This document shows positions 23,445 through 31,260 of a stretch of 36,178 bases of DNA, piece after piece. Each line of letters starts with the position of its first letter. Position 1 is the first letter of the stretch. Origin of the DNA: a virus (lineage: Duplodnaviria > Caudoviricetes); IMG/VR virus record IMGVR_UViG_3300005805_000231, positions 1 to 36,178 of that record. The stretch is one strand, 5' to 3'. The position numbers and the translations under genes were made by a program. Under the pieces are notes generated by a model, which made no database searches, had not been told where the DNA came from, and saw nothing but the letters and a program-made list of their open reading frames with translations.

Positions 23445-24658
23445 GCAAACTCACCACCGATCAAGCCGCTTGGCTCATTTTGCACTTGTACCGTTCCGTC
23501 TTTTGAGACAAAAACCTGGTAGGCATCGTCATTGCTGCCAACATTGATCAGGTACCCATTGTCGTACTCGGCCGCAATCGACGTGGCATTCGGAATACTG
23601 GCAAGAGTCTCCTCGGCCGCCTGCGAATAGCCTGACGGACCAGTCGGACTCGGGCTTGGTGCTGGTTCTTGGTTTGCAGTCTGTCCAGCCAACTGCACCA
23701 AATAAGCCCAATCAGCGTCTGTCTGCGGGCCGTAATCCTGCGACGCAGCCCATCGAATTTGCTCATCGGTGTAGCCGGCGTCCAGCATGTCCTGATATGC
23801 GGCAGCCTTATCGTCCGCAGTCTTCAAGTCATTAGGCAACGCATTTAGAGCGGTCAAATACGACCAGTCGTCATTTGTCTGTTGACCAAACTGCTGATTT
23901 GCGGCGGCGCGAATTTCAGCATCGGTGTAGCCAGAGTCAATAAGGCCGCCGTAATAATCAGCCTTCTGAACTGGAGTCTGATTACCGCTAGGCATCTGAT
24001 TGCCTGCTTGGTCAAAGTAGTACATATTCGACGCCAGCATCGTGTTCTTATTGCCAGGACTCAATGCAGGCGGTCTGTACGACAACGTCTCTGGCGTGGA
24101 AAGACCGCCACTCCCAACTGACGTGAAATCAATCGGAGCACTGTTTGCTTTGTTGGCGCGCAATGTCACGCCTGGCGCTTGAGTCGCCTCTGGACTTGCT
24201 TCCCGCAGCGACTTAATTAGGCTTGACTGATAAACCCCGTCAGGCGTTCCAACGCGCCAGTTGCCTGCCCCAGTATCAACTGGGACACTTTGAAGGCCAG
24301 ACGCCAAACCAGTCAAATAGCTCCAGTCGGCATCAGTCTGCTGACCAAATTCCTGATTGGCAGCATCGCGAATCTGCTGATCTGTATAACCAGAACCAAT
24401 CAGACTGTTGTAGCTGTTCGCCTTGTCTTGCGCCGTGCTGCCACCAGTCAACCCACCAAAGTCAATCGGCCGCGAGTAGTACGTCGAATCCGCAGGGCCA
24501 GCAGAAATTCCTGTGGACTGCTCATCAGCAGTCAACGTCGGTGACGGGTTGAAGTAGTTGTCCCAGAACGCAGCATCTGACGTGTCTGGATAAATCCAGC
24601 CAACCGCGCCATGCAACTGATTTGCTTGGGCCTGCTGATCAGCAGTCAGTTCAGCCAT
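23441..24658 (-). CDS. Hypothetical acidic protein with three ~47-aa repeats
   Basis: T..(D/Q)KA..Y..(L/M)...GYTD..IR.AA.Q.(F/Y)G.QT..DW.YL..L occurs three times; coupled to both neighbours. Confidence 0.75.
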   Translation of the reverse strand: MAELTADQQAQANQLHGAVGWIYPDTSDAAFWDNYFNPSPTLTADEQSTGISAGPADSTYYSRPIDFGGLTGGSTAQDKANSYNSLIGSGYTDQQIRDAANQEFGQQTDADWSYLTGLASGLQSVPVDTGAGNWRVGTPDGVYQSSLIKSLREASPEATQAPGVTLRANKANSAPIDFTSVGSGGLSTPETLSYRPPALSPGNKNTMLASNMYYFDQAGNQMPSGNQTPVQKADYYGGLIDSGYTDAEIRAAANQQFGQQTNDDWSYLTALNALPNDLKTADDKAAAYQDMLDAGYTDEQIRWAASQDYGPQTDADWAYLVQLAGQTANQEPAPSPSPTGPSGYSQAAEETLASIPNATSIAAEYDNGYLINVGSNDDAYQVFVSKDGTVQVQNEPSGLIGGEFA

Positions 24659-26289
24659 TACATCACCCCACCCGTTTCAGTCAGCATGTGTGCCGACGTA
24701 AAGACTGTTGCCGGCAACCCGCGCACCTTCATCCGCAGAGAACCGTAATAACCCAACCCGGTCGTGCCATACCAACCCTGATAGGTGTTCTGGCCGACCC
24801 AAGTCGATGTATTCCAAATCCCTGCGTCCCAGATGCCGTTATCTTCATCGAAGAAGAACGGCGATCCTCCGACAGTATTAAATTGATACTGCGTATTGAC
24901 GACCAACTTGACCGCAGGCGCGGCAGTCGCAATAAATATCGGACGCGCCATGCCGAACTTCTTGAGTTGCGCGGGCGTGCCGTAGTTCTGAAATGAGGTC
25001 TGGATTTCGCCCTCAACGTAGGTGCCGCCAGCACCGACAGAGTCAACGCCGTCCAGGTTGCCAAACAACCCTTTGGAGACAAGACCGTCGCTGGTGCCAA
25101 AGTACAGTTGGCCGCCAATGACAGACGCGCTGCGCATCGGCATTCCCAAGAACTGGCACCAGGCTCCCGTCGTCACGTTCATTGCGAACTGACGATAAGT
25201 TCCGCCATCAGCAGGCAACTTTACAACCAGCACGTCGGAGGTCGGCACCACAAAACACGCAAAGAACTTCTCATCGCGTAGGCGTCGAACCAGTGGAGCA
25301 AAGACCGACTGAATCTTGGACGCAGGTCCGCCAGACTGCACATCCTGCGAGTATTGACCCGTGATGAGTTTGGACATAGGTACCAAACCCAACTCGCTGA
25401 CAATCATCACGTCACCGCCGAACGGCGTGAAGTAGGTGCCATGTTTAGGCACTGGGCCAACGTACCAGACACCTTTCAACCCAAACGTCGATGCGCTAGT
25501 TGGGTCTGTGCCTTCCCAAACGCCGACATCGCCCTCGGTGCCGACAGCGACTAGGTAATCATCAATTCCGAACCCGGCATCGACCGTCCAGTTAATCAGC
25601 GCAGAGACATAGCCACCGTTGCGCAGCGTCGATCCCATTGGGAAAAAATTCGCGCCGCCAGTGATCGCGTTGACCGTGTCCAGATACAGAACCTGCGAGT
25701 CTTCTTCAAACGTGAACCAGACACGCTGCTTCCACACGGCAACCGTGCGCACGTTTGTCGGCATGGAAGAACTTCCGCCAGGCGGATGCACTGCATGCGT
25801 TTGATCAACCCACCCGGTCGTCGTGCTGTACGTCCAATACCCAGCGCCAGGTGACACGGCCAAAAGAAACGTATCTGCCGGCGTGGAGAACTGCGTCGTC
25901 CACCACTCGTCCGCGTCGCTGCCAGTACCAGTAACGGCCACCACTGGCGTGCCGCCAGAAGTCACGTCATAAATGTTGCCGGCAGTCGCCATGAACACTT
26001 TGTCGTCAGCCGGATTCGGTGCTCGATATCCAAACACAGACTCAACCGACTGCGCAACGCCGCCAACCGTCACAGCATCTGAATACGCCTGGTATCCGCG
26101 ACGCAGTTCAACGCCCTGTTGCTTGGGGATAAAGTTGGTCAGCACCAGCGCATCGGCTGGTGACATTGCGCTGATCGGATCACGCCAGTTCAGGCCGCCC
26201 GTTGGCGCAGGAACGACATAAGGCTGCGCAACGCTAGAGGCGGCCGCCCTTCGCGGGGTCTTGAAGGGAGCAAGCTGAACCAATGGCAT
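24658..26289 (-). CDS. Tail nozzle / packaged-DNA stabilisation protein (P22 gp10 / T7 gp12-like)
   Basis: APTGGLN.RD start; beta-propeller-like composition (KQRVWF, EG.V.V..G.DP, TGAWC.F); follows the adaptor gene. Confidence 0.75.
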   Translation of the reverse strand: MPLVQLAPFKTPRRAAASSVAQPYVVPAPTGGLNWRDPISAMSPADALVLTNFIPKQQGVELRRGYQAYSDAVTVGGVAQSVESVFGYRAPNPADDKVFMATAGNIYDVTSGGTPVVAVTGTGSDADEWWTTQFSTPADTFLLAVSPGAGYWTYSTTTGWVDQTHAVHPPGGSSSMPTNVRTVAVWKQRVWFTFEEDSQVLYLDTVNAITGGANFFPMGSTLRNGGYVSALINWTVDAGFGIDDYLVAVGTEGDVGVWEGTDPTSASTFGLKGVWYVGPVPKHGTYFTPFGGDVMIVSELGLVPMSKLITGQYSQDVQSGGPASKIQSVFAPLVRRLRDEKFFACFVVPTSDVLVVKLPADGGTYRQFAMNVTTGAWCQFLGMPMRSASVIGGQLYFGTSDGLVSKGLFGNLDGVDSVGAGGTYVEGEIQTSFQNYGTPAQLKKFGMARPIFIATAAPAVKLVVNTQYQFNTVGGSPFFFDEDNGIWDAGIWNTSTWVGQNTYQGWYGTTGLGYYGSLRMKVRGLPATVFTSAHMLTETGGVM

Positions 26290-26291
26290 GG

Positions 26292-26750
26292 TCAGACCCA
26301 GGCACGGTTGAATTTGATGTGCCCGATCATTCCTTCGGTAACACCAAACGTTCTACCAAGATCGGCGCGGGTGGCGCCTTCTGCTAACAAACTTTTAATT
26401 CTCCGAACTTGTTCGACGCTTAATTTTGCGCTAGGGTTTTTTTCGCCGTGATTGTTATATCGGCCCTTCCTGGCGCGGTCTGCCATATTTTCTGCATGCG
26501 TACCAAGAAACAAATGGTCAACATTGATGCAAGCTGGGTTGTCACAAGAATGGCAAACGCACATCATTGGCGGGATATCGCCGTGATGTTTTTTCCAAAC
26601 TTCTCTATGTACGCGAGGGTATTTGTTATCCTTGCCAATTCGCCCGTAGCCACATCTATCAAGCGTTCCTGTAAAAATATGGCACCCGTTTGATTGAACA
26701 TAGGTGTGAAACGCAACACGATCCCAATACGGAGCTTTTCTGGAAATCAA
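26292..26750 (-). CDS. HNH homing endonuclease
   Basis: GYG.I...VHR..W...G.IP....VCHSCDNPACIN.DHL.LGT..EN..D...KGR, GEKNPSAKL and C-terminal HTH. Lower GC than neighbours. Confidence 0.9.
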   Translation of the reverse strand: MISRKAPYWDRVAFHTYVQSNGCHIFTGTLDRCGYGRIGKDNKYPRVHREVWKKHHGDIPPMMCVCHSCDNPACINVDHLFLGTHAENMADRARKGRYNNHGEKNPSAKLSVEQVRRIKSLLAEGATRADLGRTFGVTEGMIGHIKFNRAWV

Positions 26751-27502
26751 AATACACCCCCCATTCCGGTGTCAGGAGTGTTTACCAGCGGCTGGATGTA
26801 CGGGAAGCGGAAGTCCCGCACCATCGACAGCACCGGAGCGCCCTTCTCGGCGCCCTTGCGATTGTCGAACGCGATCTGGAAGTCGCGCATCGCAGCCGCG
26901 CTATCAAGACCCTTCATCTCCAACCACTTCACGCGGGTGTACAGCGTGATCAGCGTGGCATCCAGCAACGCGATGTCGCCGTTCTTGGTGATGCGGTTTT
27001 TGTACAGCGTCGGGTCATCCTGATCCTTGACCCACGCCTGCGACAGATAAAAGAAGTTCATCGTCTGCGGCGCATCAGGGGGCGCCAAGACGTACAACTG
27101 GTTATCGCGTACCTGCCAGTAAAACGACAGCGTCGGCAGCGTCGTGCGGATCAGCAGTTGCTGCCACATCTGCGGCGACACCGGACCCAGTGACGGGAAC
27201 TGCGTCGTCGCATTCCAGTTCGTCTGATCAATCCAGTCGAAGAAGTCTTCCGGCAGCGCGTAGCCTTTTTCAAGCTGACCGCTTGTGTCAGCCTGAATCG
27301 CGACCTGGTAGTTCTTGATCAGTTCCTGCCAGTCATACATCGACAGCAGTTCGATGCCGGCCATGTTGGCCGCTTGCACCATCTGCTGAACGGCAGGGTC
27401 TTCAGAACCGGCGGGATCGGACGGTACGGGGAAGGCCACCATCGAGGCCACGTTTTGAACGATGGCCGATAGCGTGGACTCGTTGACAATCTGAAAGGCC
27501 AT
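26747..27502 (-). CDS. Head-to-tail adaptor (tail tubular A-like)
   Basis: DWQ.L, Y.LP.DF, GP.SPQ.WQ motifs; position after the capsid genes. Confidence 0.7.
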   Translation of the reverse strand: MAFQIVNESTLSAIVQNVASMVAFPVPSDPAGSEDPAVQQMVQAANMAGIELLSMYDWQELIKNYQVAIQADTSGQLEKGYALPEDFFDWIDQTNWNATTQFPSLGPVSPQMWQQLLIRTTLPTLSFYWQVRDNQLYVLAPPDAPQTMNFFYLSQAWVKDQDDPTLYKNRITKNGDIALLDATLITLYTRVKWLEMKGLDSAAAMRDFQIAFDNRKGAEKGAPVLSMVRDFRFPYIQPLVNTPDTGMGGVF

Positions 27503-27516
27503 CCCCGCAACTCCAA

Positions 27517-28122
27517 TCAGTCAGCGTCTGCCGTCGCTGCTTTCTTGCCCATCTTGCCGAGTTGCACTTGCATCGCGTCAATCCGACTGGTCAACTGCTC
27601 AATCGTCGCATCACGCTCTTGCAGTGCAGCGTTCATCTTCTCAATCGGCGCATTGTTTGCCGCCACTTCCATGAACGCCTTGGCACGCGCCTTGTCACCT
27701 TGGAAGCCCATGAACTTCTGGCCCAGGTTGTCTGCCGCCTCGGCCAGTTGCTCAATGGTCGTGATCTTGAAGAAGCGATACTCTTCGACCTTGCCAGGCG
27801 TCATGCCAGGCATCGCCGTCAACGGCGTGCCGCTGACTGCTTCTTCCTGACCCGCCTTCCACTTGTTGTAGCGTTCAGCAAACCGCTCTGCATCCATCGC
27901 GGTCACAGGACGCTCAATTACGCTGGACTTGTCGCCCGGCGTGTGGATGCGGATGTAATCAATCTCGTCATAGATCGCGCGGCCAGCGTCTCGAGACTTG
28001 GCATCGTGCTGCATCGGCTTGCGATAGAACTCAACGTAAAGCCGATTGTCATACGCATACCGCGACTCATCAGGTCGCGGTACCGGGATCTCAGGAAATA
28101 CAGTGGGTGTCGTGGGTTGCAT
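27517..28122 (-). CDS. Conserved hypothetical protein (head region)
   Basis: GR.I.DE.DYIRI..PGD, GTPL, I.T.EQLA motifs; C-terminal coiled-coil; AAGGA RBS. Confidence 0.75.
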   Translation of the reverse strand: MQPTTPTVFPEIPVPRPDESRYAYDNRLYVEFYRKPMQHDAKSRDAGRAIYDEIDYIRIHTPGDKSSVIERPVTAMDAERFAERYNKWKAGQEEAVSGTPLTAMPGMTPGKVEEYRFFKITTIEQLAEAADNLGQKFMGFQGDKARAKAFMEVAANNAPIEKMNAALQERDATIEQLTSRIDAMQVQLGKMGKKAATADAD

Positions 28123-28141
28123 GAAATTATCCTTTTATGAA

Positions 28142-28339
28142 TTAAACGCCGACGCCGTCGCCGTACTCGACTTGCAGGTCTGTGCCTGGTGAGCCGCCGA
28201 TACGACTGCCGCTGATGCTTGCGCCATCCGCGCCGGTAAGGCCGATACCCTCGCAGACTGCGCCAGTTGCCTGACTCGCTGCGGTGTCAACAATCGCGGG
28301 CGCACTCGCGCTAACCGCGGCACCGTAAGTGATTGCCAT
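28142..28339 (-). CDS. 65-aa Gly/Ala-rich protein, possible capsid decoration
   Basis: AAGGAG RBS; immediately after the capsid gene. Confidence 0.6.
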   Translation of the reverse strand: MAITYGAAVSASAPAIVDTAASQATGAVCEGIGLTGADGASISGSRIGGSPGTDLQVEYGDGVGV

Positions 28340-28353
28340 GTCAAAACTCCTTC

Positions 28354-28390
28354 AAAAAACCCGAGGGAGTGGGCCAGCCCAACCCTCGGG
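28354..28390 (-). terminator. Intrinsic terminator after the major capsid gene
   Basis: CCCGAGGG...CCCTCGGG stem (inner TGGG/CCCA extension) followed by TTTTTT. Confidence 0.75.
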
Positions 28391-28419
28391 AAAGGCTGAC
28401 CCACGACGGTCCACCAAAA

Positions 28420-29394
28420 TCAGTTTTGCATGCGGCCTTGGAACTGAGCGCCGGACGCGCAAAGATTTCCAGCCCATGCCAGGATTTGGACTTCCGCGTC
28501 CTGGTTGATGGCATACCGACGATTCGGCGACAGCGGGACCATGTTGCGGTCCTTGTGCGGGCGCCATTTCAGGTACTTGGTATTCAGGAAGAAGCCGGTA
28601 TTGGCCGGGCAATAGCCACCAATGCCGCCATCCAGAACCACGTCAGCGTCCATAAACTTAATGGACGGGAAGCCGAGGTTGCCGGTGTCGGGGCTGGTGA
28701 AACGCTGCTGCGCCTGGAGCGAGGCCAGATACAGCGACCAGTAGTTGGTGTCCATGACGATCAGATCGACACGGTCAGAACCACGGGTGGTCTGCGCCCA
28801 CAGGTTGTTCATGCCAGCCTGGATGTTGCCAGAGGTCGCATTGCCGCCGGTTGCGGTGCTGAAGTCATACAACTTCGAGCGCCAGAAGGTCCAGGTCGCA
28901 CGGTCGATGCCACCATAGGTGCCGGTGGTCGGGTCGCTCGGTACCGCAGCGTTCAGACCAGTCACCTCTTTGCCGCCCGAGCCGGTGCCGTCCGAATAGA
29001 TCGAGGCAGACAGGTTGTTTGCCATCGTCGACTCAGCAACATTCAGCCGAGCCTCAAGCAGGTCGATGAACTGCTCTTTGCCGCTGTTCTGGAGCATCTC
29101 CAGGCCGCTCATAACGACCGGGACAGCGTACTGCTTGATCTGGAACTCGGCGGCCGAGATCACGTCTTGTGCAGCGACCGGCAGGAGGTCATACCCGCTG
29201 TAGAAACCGCCGTTTGCGTTTTCAGCAAACGAAAGCTCTTCCAGGATGGTGTTACCGCCAGAGATCGTGCGGACATTGCCGCGCTGGTTCAGTTTCGCCA
29301 GGATGGCGTTGTTTTTGGTGACGTTGTCCGCGATCTGACGCGAACGATTCTGGATCGTCGTTGCGACGATGTCCGAGACATTAGGAAATGCCAT
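28420..29394 (-). CDS. Major capsid protein
   Basis: 324 aa; TT.......ADNV..NN.LL, SG.E.LQN.G......L, Y.DG.G..GK...GL, TYGGIDR..W.FW, F.LNT.Y pattern; GGAG RBS; follows the scaffold. Confidence 0.9.
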   Translation of the reverse strand: MAFPNVSDIVATTIQNRSRQIADNVTKNNAILAKLNQRGNVRTISGGNTILEELSFAENANGGFYSGYDLLPVAAQDVISAAEFQIKQYAVPVVMSGLEMLQNSGKEQFIDLLEARLNVAESTMANNLSASIYSDGTGSGGKEVTGLNAAVPSDPTTGTYGGIDRATWTFWRSKLYDFSTATGGNATSGNIQAGMNNLWAQTTRGSDRVDLIVMDTNYWSLYLASLQAQQRFTSPDTGNLGFPSIKFMDADVVLDGGIGGYCPANTGFFLNTKYLKWRPHKDRNMVPLSPNRRYAINQDAEVQILAWAGNLCASGAQFQGRMQN

Positions 29395-29575
29395 GATGAA
29401 AACTCCATCTGAGTGTTGGCTACGGGCTTGCGCCCACCTAGTTCAGATGCGCCTACAGACCTATGACAGTCCGGTCTTGTCGTAGGTGGGACGCCCTTGC
29501 GGCGTCTCCTGCGAGCTTTCGGTGGCTGGCTGGTGCTACGGCACACCACAGGCGGATTTCTCCGCCAGTAGTGTC
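29395..29575 (-). ncRNA. Candidate structured cis-regulatory leader of the capsid gene
   Basis: About 190-nt intergenic region with three GNRA-capped hairpins and several competing stems; TATAAT at 29581-29576. Confidence 0.5.
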
Positions 29576-29587
29576 ATTATAACCACA

Positions 29588-30703
29588 TTATCTTGCGGTT
29601 TGGACAATCGCCGCTTCAATTGCCGCGCGAACATTTGTCGGGTCTTGTTTCAGGCCGCCAACCGGCGCCCCGCCCGACACACTGACCGCTGCCGATCGCG
29701 CCCGCTGCGCAGCCTGTGTCTGCTGCTGCGCGCCCTGGTTCTTGGCCCGCTGCGAGATCACAGTGCGCACGTTGTCGTTCAGCATGCACGCCTTCTTGTA
29801 AGCGTCGAGTAAGGAAATGTTCTGCCCGCGCCGGCTTGCCGACTCAATGATGTCGGCCATCTCTTCGCGCACGTCATTGCCAAACTCGGCGCGCTCCAGG
29901 AACGTATTGACCTCGTTCTGAGCCTGCTGCGTGACCCGCTGCTCCTGAGCCTGCTGGGCCTGCTGGAACTGATTGAACATCTGCTGCATAGGCGCCAGGC
30001 GCTGATTGAGCACCTGATCAAGCGCGGCCTGCTGCGGGTCCAATGCCGGAACCTGGCCCACTAGGGCGCTGTCCAGCATTTCGATAAAGCCCTTACCAAA
30101 CCGACCAACGCCAAACTGGTTTATGATGCCGGACACCAGTTGCGCAAGCTCCGGCGCCGTGCCGGTGCGCAAACGCGCCGCCGTACTCATCAGGTTGTCG
30201 ATCGCCTGCAAGGCGTTGCTGTTCTCGGCGCGGATAAAACCCTCGTACGGGGCGATCGTCTTCATCACCGCGTCGTAGCCCTTGCGCGCCTCGGCAGACT
30301 CCTGCAAGACCCGGTTGCGCTCGACCTCAAGGCGCTGCACCTCAGCCCTGACAGGCTCAGGCAGTTGCGCCCAATGCTCGCGCACGTCAGGCCGCCAGGA
30401 TGCCGGCGCCCTCTCGCTGTTCTGCTTTGGCCCAGCTTTCGGACCCGGCTGAATGCCTTCTTGCTCCTTCGCCTTAAACCGGCCCTGTTCATCGCGATCG
30501 CGACTTGGTTCCTCTTTGGCGCCTTCAGCCAGCGCGTTCAGGTCTTGCTGCGGTTCTGCTGGCGCGCTTTCTGCTGCTGGTTCCGAGACTGCCGCTGGTT
30601 CCGGCGCTGGTTCCGGCGCGCTGACTGGCTCGTTGACGACTTCCGGTTCTGAAGAGTCAAACGCGGCCTCGATCTGGTCGCGCATTGTCGTGGGTTCACT
30701 CAT
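29588..30703 (-). CDS. Capsid scaffolding protein
   Basis: Pro/Glu-rich N-terminus, RDEQGRF, AP.SW....E.W..LP, coiled coils; directly upstream of the capsid gene. Confidence 0.75.
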   Translation of the reverse strand: MSEPTTMRDQIEAAFDSSEPEVVNEPVSAPEPAPEPAAVSEPAAESAPAEPQQDLNALAEGAKEEPSRDRDEQGRFKAKEQEGIQPGPKAGPKQNSERAPASWRPDVREHWAQLPEPVRAEVQRLEVERNRVLQESAEARKGYDAVMKTIAPYEGFIRAENSNALQAIDNLMSTAARLRTGTAPELAQLVSGIINQFGVGRFGKGFIEMLDSALVGQVPALDPQQAALDQVLNQRLAPMQQMFNQFQQAQQAQEQRVTQQAQNEVNTFLERAEFGNDVREEMADIIESASRRGQNISLLDAYKKACMLNDNVRTVISQRAKNQGAQQQTQAAQRARSAAVSVSGGAPVGGLKQDPTNVRAAIEAAIVQTAR

Positions 30704-30705
30704 GC

Positions 30706-31023
30706 TTATCGCCTTTGTAGTTGTGAAATCGCGCGCTCAATGTCACGCCGACTGAACGTGCCGCCACTCTGCCGGTAACGGTCACGCTGCTCTTGCGCCT
30801 TGGACCACGTCTCTTTGAAGTCGTCCACGGTCGCCAGATTGTTCAACTTCATGTATTCGCGGTGCTTGGCCCGCGTACTGATGTCGGTGCCGTCAGTCGC
30901 GCGCAGCCCGTCATAGCTGCGATCGCCCCACAACGCGCCCGAGTCGTTGTGATGCTGTGGCTGGTAGTCGTCAGTGATCTCGACCAGTTCGCCATTGATC
31001 TGGACGTAGCGGCGGCGTGTCAT
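30706..31023 (-). CDS. Conserved hypothetical protein, 105 aa
   Basis: GAGG RBS; DGT.I.TR.KHREYMK.NNL motif seen between portal and scaffold in related phages. Confidence 0.75.
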   Translation of the reverse strand: MTRRRYVQINGELVEITDDYQPQHHNDSGALWGDRSYDGLRATDGTDISTRAKHREYMKLNNLATVDDFKETWSKAQEQRDRYRQSGGTFSRRDIERAISQLQRR

Positions 31024-31040
31024 GTTGTGGTATCCTCAAC
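31024..31040 (+). promoter_or_regulatory. Extended -10 promoter inside a 17-bp operator-like palindrome
   Basis: GTTGTG-GTATC-CTCAAC contains TG-G-TATCCT; AAGGAG RBS at 31045-31050 follows. Confidence 0.5.
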
Positions 31041-31056
31041 ATCAAAGGAGAATGAC

Positions 31057-31260
31057 ATGCACGAAGTCATTGTGATCGTTGACAACCGCGTCGTCCGCGC
31101 GCCGCGCAAGGTCTGGTCGGCCATGCTTGAGGCGGCATCTTTAATGATCGACACAGGCGACATGTATCCCCACTTAGAGAGCAAACTTGGCGTCAAGACA
31201 CTTGACGCCGTGAAGCAACTCAAAATCGACCTGGACGATCAAAACTGCTCTTCCTCTTGA
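31057..31260 (+). CDS. 67-aa protein antisense to the late operon; candidate immunity/antitoxin
   Basis: AAGGAG RBS 6 nt before ATG 31057; fills the gap between two late genes; converges on and overlaps the 3' end of 31239..32618. Confidence 0.6.
   Translation: MHEVIVIVDNRVVRAPRKVWSAMLEAASLMIDTGDMYPHLESKLGVKTLDAVKQLKIDLDDQNCSSS

Noticed and set aside
28352-28430. Programmed -1 frameshift fusing the capsid protein to the 65-aa downstream protein
   Set aside because: No canonical slippery heptamer at the capsid end, and the -1 frame stops at 28352 before reaching that gene.
28333-29412. 359-aa antisense ORF over the capsid gene, and similar shadows at 2558..3490 and 33408..34412
   Set aside because: Typical antisense open frames of GC-rich, codon-biased genes; no protein-like motifs.
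31020-31223. Minus-strand 67-aa ORF as the real gene in the effector-30706 gap
   Set aside because: No convincing RBS and a Ser/Thr-rich shadow-like sequence; the plus-strand ORF has a strong AAGGAG and a promoter.
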